Assembly (NCBI GenBank): GCA_035501775.1
Contig: DATJVM010000064.1
Span: 81,171 to 145,170 of the forward strand
Direction: 5' to 3'
Origin: Gemmatimonadales bacterium
GTDB taxonomy: Bacteria > Gemmatimonadota > Gemmatimonadetes > Gemmatimonadales > GWC2-71-9
DNA length: 64,000 bases
Position 1 is the stretch's first letter. Every line of letters starts with the position of its first letter. Below, in pieces: positions 1-9,191 of the stretch. A program made the translations under genes and the position numbers. Under the pieces are notes generated by a model that was not told the DNA's origin, searched no databases, and saw only the letters and a program-made list of their open reading frames with translations.

Positions 1-1
1 G

Positions 2-91
2 GTCTCGACCCTGCCGAACACCGCTTCCGTGCGTGGGATGCTGTTCAAGGTGCGCCACCTCGTCGAGGTGGGACCGGCTCAGGAGAAGTAA
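2..91 (+). CDS. rpmD: 50S ribosomal protein L30 (uL30), C-terminal fragment cut by the window edge
   Basis: Frame 2 reads ...LPNTASVRGMLFKVRHLVEVGPAQEK*, which matches the conserved L30 C-terminus. The stop directly abuts the rplO ATG, as at the end of the spc operon. Confidence 0.75.
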   Translation, partial: VSTLPNTASVRGMLFKVRHLVEVGPAQEK

Positions 92-550
92 ATGGCGGAA
101 AAGATCACTCCGATCACGCTGTCCACGCTCCAGCCCGCGCCTGGCGCGCGGCGAGGGAGCAAGCGGGTTGGTCGCGGGCCCGGATCGGGCAAGGGCAAGA
201 CCGCCGGGCGGGGCCACAAGGGACACAAGGCCCGCCAGGCAGGCGAGACCAATCCCGGATTTGAAGGCGGACAGATGCCGATGTATCGGCGCCTGCCCAA
301 GCGGGGGTTCACCAACCCGTTCAAGGTGCACGCCCAGCCGATCAACCTGAAGGACCTGGTCCGGTTGTCCGCGACCGAAGTGAATCCCGACACGCTGCTG
401 GCGGCCGGGCTGATCTCGAAGCGGGACGTACCGATCAAGCTGCTGGGTACCGGCGAGGCGACGCGTGCGTACATCGTGCGCGGGGTGGCCCTCTCGGGAT
501 CGGCCCGCTCCAAGATCGAGCAGGCGGGTGGGAAGATCGGGCCCGAATGA
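92..550 (+). CDS. rplO: 50S ribosomal protein L15 (uL15)
   Basis: 152 aa with a Gly/Arg/Lys-rich N-terminus (GRGPGSGKGKTAGRGHKGHKAR) and GFEGGQMPMYRRLPKRGF. Sits in the conserved L30-L15-SecY-Adk-Map order. Confidence 0.95.
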   Translation: MAEKITPITLSTLQPAPGARRGSKRVGRGPGSGKGKTAGRGHKGHKARQAGETNPGFEGGQMPMYRRLPKRGFTNPFKVHAQPINLKDLVRLSATEVNPDTLLAAGLISKRDVPIKLLGTGEATRAYIVRGVALSGSARSKIEQAGGKIGPE

Positions 551-1860
551 CCGCGGCGACCCGGCCCCACCTCGGTATGGACCCCGATCTGCTCAGGAAG
601 ATCGGGTTCACCGTGCTGTGCCTGGTCGTCTACCGCGTCGGGGCGCACATCTTCGCTCCGGGTGTAAACGTCCAGGCGGTCACGGACTTCATCCGGAACT
701 CGTCGGCGGCCGGGCTGTTCGGGCTGTACGACACGCTGGGTGGCGGCCTCTCCCGGGCCACCGTCTTCGCGCTCGGCATCATGCCCTACATCTCGGCGTC
801 CATCATCTTCCAGCTCGCGGGCGGGATTGTCCCGTCCGTGGGCAAGATGCAGAAGGATGAGCAGGGGAAGAAGACGCTCGAGCAGTGGACCCGCTATCTC
901 ACCGTGGGCATCGCGCTCACGCAGGCCTACACCTTCGCGGTCTTCACCGAGACCATTCCGAACGCCGTCCCCAACGCCGGCTTCTGGAGCCGGCTCTCGA
1001 TGGTGGTGGTACTTACCACGGGAGCCGTCTTCGTGATGTGGCTGGGTGAGCAGATCACGGAGCGGGGGATCGGGAATGGCATGAGCCTCCTGATCACCTT
1101 CTCGATCCTGGATCGGCTGCTGCCCGGCCTGGTCAACATGGCCGGCTTCTGGAAGGCGGGCGCACTGACCCTCGGGAAGATCACGTTCTTCGCGGTGGTC
1201 CTGCTGGCCGTGGCGGCCGCGGTGACCGCGATGTACCTCGCCGCGCGGCGTATTCCGGTCCAGATCCCGCGCAAGGTGGTGGGGCGCGGTCGGATGACGC
1301 AGGGACAGAAGACATTCATCCCGATCGGCCTTATCACCTCGGGCGTCATGCCGATTGTCTTTGCCCAGACGATCATCATTGTGCCCGGCACGGTGGCCAA
1401 CTTCATCCAGAACCCGACCGCTCGGGCCTTCGCCGACTTCTTTACGCCTGGCGATCTCCCGTATGACCTGACCTTTGCGGTCCTGATCCTGCTCTTCACG
1501 TATTTCTATACGTCAATCATCTTCAACTCGGTGGACCTGGCGGAGAACCTCAAGAAGCAGGGCGGGTTCATTCCCGGGGTAAAGCCGGGTGCCAGCACCG
1601 CGGATTACATCGACAACGTGCTGGCGCGCGTCACCCTGCCCGGCGCGATTTTTCTCGCGCTAATTGCTCTCATCCCGGTCTTTCTCACCAAGAACATGGG
1701 CTTCCAGCAGCAGTTTGGCGGGACGTCTGTGCTCATCGTGGTGGGGGTTCTGCTCGACACCTGGCGACAGATCGAGCAGCATCGCACGCTCCGCCGCTAC
1801 GACAGCTTCATGAAGGGCGGGCGGATCAAGTTCCGCGGACGCCAGCAGCGATTCATCTGA
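547..1860 (+). CDS. secY: Preprotein translocase subunit SecY
   Basis: 437 aa multi-TM protein with SecY motifs (GIMPYISASIIFQL, WLGEQITERGIGNGMSLLI). The ATG overlaps the rplO stop (ATGA). Confidence 0.95.
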   Translation: MTAATRPHLGMDPDLLRKIGFTVLCLVVYRVGAHIFAPGVNVQAVTDFIRNSSAAGLFGLYDTLGGGLSRATVFALGIMPYISASIIFQLAGGIVPSVGKMQKDEQGKKTLEQWTRYLTVGIALTQAYTFAVFTETIPNAVPNAGFWSRLSMVVVLTTGAVFVMWLGEQITERGIGNGMSLLITFSILDRLLPGLVNMAGFWKAGALTLGKITFFAVVLLAVAAAVTAMYLAARRIPVQIPRKVVGRGRMTQGQKTFIPIGLITSGVMPIVFAQTIIIVPGTVANFIQNPTARAFADFFTPGDLPYDLTFAVLILLFTYFYTSIIFNSVDLAENLKKQGGFIPGVKPGASTADYIDNVLARVTLPGAIFLALIALIPVFLTKNMGFQQQFGGTSVLIVVGVLLDTWRQIEQHRTLRRYDSFMKGGRIKFRGRQQRFI

Positions 1861-1919
1861 ACGCCGGCGGGCGGGCTGCCTGGGCCGCCCGCCGTCTCGT
1901 CTGATCTAAGGGACCCATC

Positions 1920-2483
1920 ATGGACATCCTGCTTCTCGGGCCGCCCGGTGCGGGGAAAGGCACCCAGGGCGCGCTTCTGGCCGAGCGGCTCGGGCTGCCG
2001 AAGTTCGCGACCGGCGACCTGCTGCGTGATGCCGTGAAGCGCGGCACGCCGATCGGGCTTGAAGCCAAGGCCGTCATGGAAGCGGGCAAACTGGTGAGCG
2101 ACGAGATCATCATGGGGGTGGTCCGCGAAGAGCTGGCCAAGCCCGAGGCCCGCAACGGCGTGATCTTCGACGGGGTGGTGCGGACCGTCCCCCAGGCCGA
2201 AGGGGTCACGCGGCTGCTCGGCGAGCTCGGGCGCCAGATGGACCATGTGCTCTTCTTCGACGTTCCCGATGCGGAGATCTTGGCCCGGCTCGAGAAGCGG
2301 CGCTCGCTCGAGGGCCGCGCCGATGACGATCCCAAGGCCGTCGCGATCCGTCTCAAGGCCTACCGGGAGCAGACCGCACCGGTCCTGGAGTGGTACCGCG
2401 GCCGCGGCAGGGTAGACCTCGTGCCGGCCGTGGGCACGATCGATGATATTGCGGCCCAAGTTCGAGGGCTGCTATTGAAGTGA
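1920..2483 (+). CDS. adk: Adenylate kinase (short-lid type)
   Basis: P-loop GPPGAGKGTQ, then TGDLLR and FDGVVRT motifs. 187 aa, located after secY. Confidence 0.95.
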   Translation: MDILLLGPPGAGKGTQGALLAERLGLPKFATGDLLRDAVKRGTPIGLEAKAVMEAGKLVSDEIIMGVVREELAKPEARNGVIFDGVVRTVPQAEGVTRLLGELGRQMDHVLFFDVPDAEILARLEKRRSLEGRADDDPKAVAIRLKAYREQTAPVLEWYRGRGRVDLVPAVGTIDDIAAQVRGLLLK

Positions 2484-2532
2484 GGGCGGTCCGCTCCCCC
2501 AAGTCGAGGGGCTGGTCCGGTCGGTGTCAGCC

Positions 2533-3282
2533 ATGATCACCATCAAGTCCCCGCGCGAAATCGAAACGATGGCCCGAGCCGGGCACATCGTCTGGGAAAC
2601 GCTGGAGCTGATGCGGCGCTCGGCGCGGCCGGGCCTGAGCACGGCCGAGCTGGATGCCATCGCCGAGGCGTTCATCCGCGGGCACCCCGGCGCCAAGCCG
2701 TCCTTCAAGGGCCTCTACGGCTTTCCCAAGACACTGTGTACCTCGATCAACGACGAGATCGTCCACGGCATCCCCAGCGCCAAGCGGGTGCTCCGGGAAG
2801 GCAATCTGGTGAGCATCGACGTGGGCGTCCGGCTCGAGGGCCTGCACGCCGATTCGGCAACCACCGTCGGGGTGGGGGAGGTCTCGCCGGAGGCGGACCG
2901 CCTGATGCGGGTGACCCAGGAGTGCCTCGCCGCGGGTATCGCGCAGGCCCGCGCGGGAAACCACGTGGGTGACATCGGCCACGCGGTCCAGACCATTGCC
3001 GAGGCGGCTGGCTTCGGGGTGGTGCGGGAACTGGTCGGCCATGGGATCGGCACCCAGTTCCACGAGGAGCCGCAGGTGCCGAATCATGGCCAGCCCAAGC
3101 GGGGACCGCGTCTTCTTGAGGGGATGACCATAGCGATCGAGCCCATGATCACCGCCGGAGGATACGCGACGCGAACCCTGCCCGACAAATGGACCGTCGT
3201 GACGGCCGATGGCAGCCTGGCGGCCCACTACGAGCACACCGTCGCGATCACGGGCAACGGCGCGAGAATCCTGACCATCTGA
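2533..3282 (+). CDS. map: Type I methionine aminopeptidase
   Basis: MITIKSPREIE N-terminus and metal-site segments (VSIDVGV, HGIG, IEPM, YEHTV). I prefer the ATG at 2533 over the in-frame GTG at 2524. Confidence 0.9.
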   Translation: MITIKSPREIETMARAGHIVWETLELMRRSARPGLSTAELDAIAEAFIRGHPGAKPSFKGLYGFPKTLCTSINDEIVHGIPSAKRVLREGNLVSIDVGVRLEGLHADSATTVGVGEVSPEADRLMRVTQECLAAGIAQARAGNHVGDIGHAVQTIAEAAGFGVVRELVGHGIGTQFHEEPQVPNHGQPKRGPRLLEGMTIAIEPMITAGGYATRTLPDKWTVVTADGSLAAHYEHTVAITGNGARILTI

Positions 3283-3299
3283 ACGGGTAGCCGCCCGGC

Positions 3300-3896
3300 T
3301 TACCGCTCCCTTCCGCCGTCCCCCTTTTCCCGGATCTCGGTCACCAGCGGCTGGATCTCCCGCAATTCCCTCTCTGCCTGGTCCCAGAGCGGCCTCAGGC
3401 TCTCCGGCCGCCCCGCCGCCTCGGCATTGGCTCGGACGTTGACGGCGGAGCCCGCCGCCGCGGCTGCGGCGAGCAGGGCCGCCATCACCGCATCTCCTAC
3501 GGCCGCTGGCGGTGCCAGATCGACTGCGCGCCGCACCAGAAGCGTCGCGTCCCGGCACCCGGAGACGACAGCCGCGGGAACCCGGACGGCTTCCTGCCAG
3601 GCCTGGGCCAGTTCGGCTCCACCGGCTCGGCGCGCCTTCACGACGGCGCGATAGGCAGCTTCGTCGCGCTCGGATAGCGCCAGCAACCTGCCACGAAGAG
3701 CGTCAGCCCGCTCCGCCAGTTGCCCCAGTTCAAGTTGGCCAGCCTGATCGGCTCGGGCCGACCCTAAGCGGGCGAGCATACCCGCCAGGGCCGCGGCCAG
3801 GGCGGCCACGACCGCCGCGACGGCCCCGCCACCGGGCGCCGGGGATCCGGCCGCCACCGCCTCCGCAAAGGCTTCGATTGAAGGCTGGTCATTCAT
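3300..3896 (-). CDS. Cyclodeaminase/cyclohydrolase family protein (FTCD C-terminal-like)
   Basis: 198 aa, all-helical and Ala-rich. The N-terminal pattern FAEAVAAGSPAPGGGAVAAVVAALAAALAGM is typical of the formiminotransferase-cyclodeaminase C-domain family. Confidence 0.65.
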   Translation of the reverse strand: MNDQPSIEAFAEAVAAGSPAPGGGAVAAVVAALAAALAGMLARLGSARADQAGQLELGQLAERADALRGRLLALSERDEAAYRAVVKARRAGGAELAQAWQEAVRVPAAVVSGCRDATLLVRRAVDLAPPAAVGDAVMAALLAAAAAAGSAVNVRANAEAAGRPESLRPLWDQAERELREIQPLVTEIREKGDGGRER

Positions 3897-4680
3897 GGCG
3901 ATTGAGGAGGTTGAGCAGCCATTGGTGAATCGCCTGGTTGCCGGCGAGCACCTCGGAGTGCTCGACGTGAAGGTCGCGCGCGTTGAAGTCCGTCACCAAC
4001 CCTCCCGCCTCGCGGACCAGCAGGATGCCCGCTGCGATGTCCCACGCCGACAAGCGCTGCTCCCAGAAGCCGTCCAGCCGACCGGCGGCCACGTCTGCGA
4101 GATCGATAGCCGCCGAGCCCGGGCGCCTGACGCCCGTGGAGCCCAGGAGCACGCTTGCGAGCTGGGCGAGATAGGTCTCGAGGCGATGAAAGTCACGATA
4201 CGGAAACCCGGTCCCGATCAGGGCATGCTCGGGCTCGGTGATGTTCGAAACCGTGACCGGCACTCCATTTTCGAAGGTCCCGCCGCCTTGTGTGGCCGTG
4301 GTCATGCGGCCCAGGGGGACGTGGAGAACCGCGGCGGCTTGCAACCGGCCATCCACGGCCGCCGCGATCGAAACGGCGTAGGCGGGAAAGCCGTGGAGAA
4401 AATTGGTGGTGCCGTCGAGCGGGTCCACGATCCATACCACCCCCTCGCTCACCAGTTCGGGACTCAACTCCTCGCCGACGACCCTGGAGCGCGGCACCTG
4501 CTCGGTCAGAATCCGGGTGATGATGCGTTCGGAGGTGCGATCCACCTCCGTTGCCCAGTCGGCCCGCCCCTTGGCGGACCAGCTGGCAGGGTCCCGGGGT
4601 CGATCGACCCTCTGGAGGTAGGCGCCGGCCTGCTCCGCGGCGAGCGTGGCGATAGCCAGTAAGTCGTTGGGCGATGGCAT
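3889..4680 (-). CDS. Inositol monophosphatase family protein (SuhB-like)
   Basis: Motifs WIVDPLDGTTNF, GEE and AAIDL..VAAGRLDGFWE. The long ORF 3889..5769 is trimmed to the ATG at 4680 because the upstream part is antisense to trpS. The stop overlaps the next gene's start by 8 nt. Confidence 0.85.
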   Translation of the reverse strand: MPSPNDLLAIATLAAEQAGAYLQRVDRPRDPASWSAKGRADWATEVDRTSERIITRILTEQVPRSRVVGEELSPELVSEGVVWIVDPLDGTTNFLHGFPAYAVSIAAAVDGRLQAAAVLHVPLGRMTTATQGGGTFENGVPVTVSNITEPEHALIGTGFPYRDFHRLETYLAQLASVLLGSTGVRRPGSAAIDLADVAAGRLDGFWEQRLSAWDIAAGILLVREAGGLVTDFNARDLHVEHSEVLAGNQAIHQWLLNLLNRHE

Positions 4681-4716
4681 CTTGCGTGGGCCCTCCTCGC
4701 CCGGTAGCTTGCCCCG

Positions 4717-5712
4717 ATGCCGCGAATTTTCTCGGGAATCCAGCCGTCCGGCGAGCTGCATATCGGCAACTGGCTCGGCGCGGTTCAGAACTGGGTCCGG
4801 CTCCAGCAGAGCTACGAGTGCTTCTTCTCGGTGGTCGACCTTCACGCCATCACCGGAAGATATCAGGCCGAGTCCCTGGCCCGGCGGACCTGGGAAATGG
4901 CCATGGGACTCTTGGCCGCGGGGATCGATCCCGATCGCGCCGTCCTCTTCGTGCAGTCCCACGTCCCCGAGCACGCCGAGCTGCAGTGGCTCTTCAATAC
5001 GGTCACGCCGATCGGTGAGCTCGAACGAATGACGCAGTTCAAAGATAAGTCGAGCCGCTTCGAGAGCGTGCCGGCGGGGCTTCTCAACTACCCGGTGCTG
5101 ATGGCCGCGGACATCCTGCTGTACCGCGCCGACCTGGTCCCGGTCGGCGAGGACCAGATCCAGCACCTCGAGCTGACGCGGGAGATCTGCCGGAAATGGA
5201 ATGCGGAGTTCGGTCGAGGCGAGGACTTCTTCAGGGAGCCCCAGCCGCTCCTGACGGAGGCGAAGCGCATCCTTGGCCTCGATGGTCAGGCCAAGATGTC
5301 GAAGAGCCTCGGCAACACGATCGGCATCCTGGACCCGGCCGAGGAGGTCTGGGCCAAGCTCCGTCCCGCCAAGACCGACCCGGCCCGGGTTCGCCGGGAG
5401 GACCCAGGCGACCCTGAGGTCTGCAACATCTACGCCCTGCATCGCCATTTCTCGCCAGCCGCCACGGTGGAGACCGTCGCGGTAAATTGCAGGGGCGCCC
5501 GGTGGGGATGCCTCGACTGCAAGAAGGTGCTGGCCGATAATCTCAATGCGGCTCTGGACCCGATCCGGGCCCGGGCCGCGGAGTATCAGGCGCGGCCCGA
5601 GCGGGTGGTGGAGGTTCTGGGAGACGGAGCTCACCGCGCCCGGCGCGTCGCACGCGACACGATGCGGGAAGTGCGAGAACGGATGGGGTTCATGCCGGCC
5701 GCGAGCGAGTGA
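4717..5712 (+). CDS. trpS: Tryptophan--tRNA ligase
   Basis: Class I signatures: HIGN (HIGH variant) near the N-terminus and KMSKSLGN. 331 aa. Confidence 0.95.
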   Translation: MPRIFSGIQPSGELHIGNWLGAVQNWVRLQQSYECFFSVVDLHAITGRYQAESLARRTWEMAMGLLAAGIDPDRAVLFVQSHVPEHAELQWLFNTVTPIGELERMTQFKDKSSRFESVPAGLLNYPVLMAADILLYRADLVPVGEDQIQHLELTREICRKWNAEFGRGEDFFREPQPLLTEAKRILGLDGQAKMSKSLGNTIGILDPAEEVWAKLRPAKTDPARVRREDPGDPEVCNIYALHRHFSPAATVETVAVNCRGARWGCLDCKKVLADNLNAALDPIRARAAEYQARPERVVEVLGDGAHRARRVARDTMREVRERMGFMPAASE

Positions 5713-5718
5713 GGCTCT

Positions 5719-6741
5719 ATGGAAAAGATCATCAAAGCCGCTGTCGAACGGGGCGCCTCGGACCTTCACATCAAGGCCGGGGATGTCTTCCGCGCCCGCA
5801 TCAACGGCAAGCTGGTTCCGCTCACCAAGCAGCGATTGACCCCGGACCAGACGCGGGCCATCGCCCTCAAGCTGCTCCCCAACGAGGACGACCGGAGCCG
5901 CCTGGATCAGATCAAGGACTTCGACTGCTCCTGGGGAATGCCCGGAGTGGGGCGCTTCCGCGTGAACGTGCTCCGGCAGCGCTCATCGTTCATGATCGTC
6001 ATGCGGGTCATCCCCTTCGCGGTACCGACCATCGAGGATCTCAGATTGCCGCCGGTGGTGGCCCGACTGGCTGAGCTGGAGCAGGGGCTGGTCCTGGTTA
6101 CCGGCGCCTCTGGGAGCGGGAAGAGCTCCACTGTGGCCGCGATGCTCAACCATATCAATCAGAACCTGCATCGCCACATCGTGACGGTGGAGAACCCGAT
6201 CGAGTTCCTCCACCGTGACGTGAAGTGCTCAGTGACCCAGCGCGAAGTGGGGGTGGACACGGAGAGCTTCGGGATCGGCCTGCAAGCCGCGCTCCGCCAG
6301 GACCCGGACGTGATCGTCATCGGCGAGGTCGCCGATGGGGAAACCCTCGACACCGCGATCAAAGCGGCCGAGCGCGGCCATCTGGTCCTTTCCACCATGC
6401 CCACACGGGATGTGGTGGGCACCCTGGGGCGGCTGCACTCGATGTTCCCCAGCGTCGAGCGCGAGATAGGTGGCATCCGCCTCTCGGAGGTGCTGCGAGG
6501 CGTCATCGCGCAGCGCCTGGTCCCGACTCGGGACGAGGGAGACCGGGTGGTGGCTGTCGAGGCGCTGGTGGTGACGTCCGAGGTGCGGGCCGTGTTGCGG
6601 GATACCGAACGGCTGGGCGCGCTCCGGGTGGTCATGACCGAAGGTGAAGAGCTCGGGATGCAGACCTTCGAGCAGCACGGCGCCAGGCTCCGTGAGGAGG
6701 GAGAGATCACGCCGGAGGCTGCCGCCGCCCTCGGCGCGTGA
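5719..6741 (+). CDS. pilT: Type IV pilus retraction ATPase, PilT family
   Basis: N-terminus GASDLHIKAG, Walker A GASGSGKSS, and VTVENPIEF plus the Asp/His box region typical of PilT/PilU. 340 aa. Confidence 0.85.
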   Translation: MEKIIKAAVERGASDLHIKAGDVFRARINGKLVPLTKQRLTPDQTRAIALKLLPNEDDRSRLDQIKDFDCSWGMPGVGRFRVNVLRQRSSFMIVMRVIPFAVPTIEDLRLPPVVARLAELEQGLVLVTGASGSGKSSTVAAMLNHINQNLHRHIVTVENPIEFLHRDVKCSVTQREVGVDTESFGIGLQAALRQDPDVIVIGEVADGETLDTAIKAAERGHLVLSTMPTRDVVGTLGRLHSMFPSVEREIGGIRLSEVLRGVIAQRLVPTRDEGDRVVAVEALVVTSEVRAVLRDTERLGALRVVMTEGEELGMQTFEQHGARLREEGEITPEAAAALGA

Positions 6742-7820
6742 GGGCGGAAGAGGTCTTCCGAGCCCTGGTTGCCCTGCCGCGCGAGGCCGGAACCCCCGAC
6801 AGCCGAGCGGCGCGGACCCTGCTTCGCCGGTACCTCGAGGAGCTCGGGTTCGAGGTCCGCGAAGAGCCATTCACCTTTCAGCCCGTCTCCCTACTCGTCC
6901 TTCCGCTCCTCGGCGCCGGTCTGGGGTGGCTGACAGTGCTCGAGGTTCCACTCCTCATGCTGGCCAGCCTCCCCGGACTCGCCGCGCTCGCGGTCTGGCT
7001 CGCGGGCCTCGTTGCTCTCGCGGCGCTGGCATGGGGGCTCGGAACCGGTGTCGCTGTTCCCGGAGCGGAGACGCGGTCGGACGCCAACCTGATTGCCACG
7101 CCCCGGGGAGGATCGGTCAGGCGGTGGGTAGTAGCCCATCTGGACACGAAGGCCCAGGGGCACTCGATGGCCGGCCGGCTGACCGCGATCTGGCTGCTTG
7201 CCGCAGCCGCCGGGGGCCTCTCCCTGAGCGCCGTCCTTCGCGCCCGCGCGGGTCCACGCTCCGCGATCGAGGTCGCCGGCGTGGCGGGGCTGGCGATCGC
7301 CGCCGGTGCGCTCGCGGGGCGGGGCACGCTTCGGGGCCATTCGCCGGGCGCCCGGGACAACGGAACCGGCGTCCTGGCGGCACTGGTGGCCGCCGAAGAA
7401 GGTCCGGGGGCCGCCGGTGATGCGGGCTTCCTCTTTACGGGCGCGGAAGAGTTTGGCCTGATCGGGGCGAGGCGCTTCATCCGAGCGGGCCAGGTCGGAG
7501 AGGCAGAGGTGGTGAACCTCGACACCATCACCGACCGGGGTCAGCTACATGTGGTGCTGCATGACGAGGGGGCGCGGAGCTTCGCGGGCCGCGTGGCAGG
7601 CGCGCTGGGCGCGGCGCGGGAACCGGTTCGAATCCGGCGCCTTCCCCTGGGAATTCTGGTGGACAGCCTGCCGTTTGCACGGGCGGGCGTGGCCGCCGTG
7701 ACGGTCGCACGCCTCGACTGGCAGGATCTGAGGCGCCTGCACACTCCGCGTGATGACCTCGATGGACTGGGCCTCGAGACCGCCTTCGAGGTTGGGCGGG
7801 CGGTGGCGGGTTTGCGTTGA
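6738..7820 (+). CDS. M28-family metallopeptidase with internal membrane segments
   Basis: Metal-ligand-like motifs HLDT, DNGTGVLAAL and TGAEEFGLIGARRF. Hydrophobic stretches in the middle. The GTG start overlaps the pilT stop. Confidence 0.65.
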   Translation: MRAEEVFRALVALPREAGTPDSRAARTLLRRYLEELGFEVREEPFTFQPVSLLVLPLLGAGLGWLTVLEVPLLMLASLPGLAALAVWLAGLVALAALAWGLGTGVAVPGAETRSDANLIATPRGGSVRRWVVAHLDTKAQGHSMAGRLTAIWLLAAAAGGLSLSAVLRARAGPRSAIEVAGVAGLAIAAGALAGRGTLRGHSPGARDNGTGVLAALVAAEEGPGAAGDAGFLFTGAEEFGLIGARRFIRAGQVGEAEVVNLDTITDRGQLHVVLHDEGARSFAGRVAGALGAAREPVRIRRLPLGILVDSLPFARAGVAAVTVARLDWQDLRRLHTPRDDLDGLGLETAFEVGRAVAGLR

Positions 7821-7903
7821 CAACGGGACCGGCCTGTCTAGTTTTCACCAGAGGATACACCGGGGCCCCGCGAGGGGCCCCGTTTCTTTTGCCCGATCCG
7901 CTC

Positions 7904-9184
7904 ATGTTCACTCCGAAGACGCTCTGTGTCGTGGTCGTCGGCGCCCAATGGGGCGACGAGGGCAAGGGAAAGCTCGTGGATGTCCTGGCCGAGCGGGCCG
8001 ACCTGGTGGTCCGCTACCAGGGCGGAGCCAACGCAGGGCACACGGTCTGCATCGGCGAAGCTCGCTTTGTCCTGCACCAGATCCCGTCGGGGATCCTCCA
8101 CCAGCGAACCAGCTGCATCGTGGGTAACGGGGTCGTGCTCGACCCCGAGACCTTTTTCACCGAGCTGGATGGCTTGGCCGCGCAGGGCGTCGCCACCGAA
8201 GGGCGAATCTTCATCTCCGACCGGGCTCATCTGGTGCTGCCCTACCACAAGCTTCTCGACAAGGCCCACGAGCGCAGTCAGAAGATCGGGACGACGGGCC
8301 GCGGCATCGGGCCAACGTATGAGGACAAGTACGGCCGCCGGGGCATCCGGGTCGGCGACCTGCGGCACCTGGACGCCGCGAAGGCGGTCCTGTCGGAGCG
8401 GGTAGCACGCGCGAACCGGCTGCTATCGGTGATGGGAAGCACCGAGCTGGCCTCGGAGGCCAGCCACCATGAGCTGCTCGATCGTCTGGCCCCGCGGCTT
8501 CTCCCCATGGCGGCCGATACTGGCCTTCTGGTCGACCGCGCGCTGAAGGCCGGACACCGGGTGCTGCTCGAAGGCGCCCAGGGGGCGCTGCTCGATGTCG
8601 ATCACGGCACCTATCCGTTCGTGACCTCCTCCAACACCACGGCCGGAGGAGCGGCAGTCGGGTCCGGCATCGGGCCCACAGCGATAGACGAGGTGCTGGG
8701 AGTCGTGAAAGCCTATACGACCCGGGTCGGCAACGGTCCGCTGCCGACCCAGGCCGAACCCGCGGTCGAGGAGCAACTGCGGAAGCTTGGCGGAGAGTTC
8801 GGTGCCACGACCGGCCGCCCCCGGCGATGCGGCTGGTTCGACGCGACGGTCGTGCGCTATTCGGTGCGAATCAATGGGCTCACCGGTCTGGCCGTCACCA
8901 AGCTCGACGTGCTCGACACCTTCGCCGAGATACCGGTCGGCACCGACTATGTGCTCGACGGGGAGGTATGCCAGGAGCTTCCTGCGGATATCCACGCCCT
9001 GGAGGCCGTAAAGCCCCGCTACGAGCGTCTGCCGGGGTGGCGTCGGCCCACCGCGGCGGCCCGGCGCCTGGCGGACCTGCCACCGGAGGCCCGGGCCTAT
9101 CTGGACCGTCTGCAGGACCTGTCCGGCGCTCCCATCCGGTATGTGAGCGTCGGGACCCGACGCGATCAGATCATCGAAGTCTGA
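7904..9184 (+). CDS. purA: Adenylosuccinate synthase
   Basis: GAQWGDEGKGK P-loop, GTTGRGIGP and TKLDVLD motifs. Start set at the ATG 7904 (MFTPKTLCVVVVG) inside ORF 7817..9184. Confidence 0.95.
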   Translation: MFTPKTLCVVVVGAQWGDEGKGKLVDVLAERADLVVRYQGGANAGHTVCIGEARFVLHQIPSGILHQRTSCIVGNGVVLDPETFFTELDGLAAQGVATEGRIFISDRAHLVLPYHKLLDKAHERSQKIGTTGRGIGPTYEDKYGRRGIRVGDLRHLDAAKAVLSERVARANRLLSVMGSTELASEASHHELLDRLAPRLLPMAADTGLLVDRALKAGHRVLLEGAQGALLDVDHGTYPFVTSSNTTAGGAAVGSGIGPTAIDEVLGVVKAYTTRVGNGPLPTQAEPAVEEQLRKLGGEFGATTGRPRRCGWFDATVVRYSVRINGLTGLAVTKLDVLDTFAEIPVGTDYVLDGEVCQELPADIHALEAVKPRYERLPGWRRPTAAARRLADLPPEARAYLDRLQDLSGAPIRYVSVGTRRDQIIEV

Positions 9185-9191
9185 CCGGCGG

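Noticed and set aside
4681-5769. N-terminal 363-aa extension of the inositol monophosphatase ORF (3889..5769)
   Set aside because: The extension is antisense to trpS and lacks any family similarity. The IMPase homology starts at the ATG at 4680.
7625-7635. GGTTCGAATCC, a tRNA T-loop-like string
   Set aside because: It lies inside the well-supported M28 peptidase reading frame. The flanks give only a 4-bp T-stem and no acceptor, D or anticodon arms that I could build.
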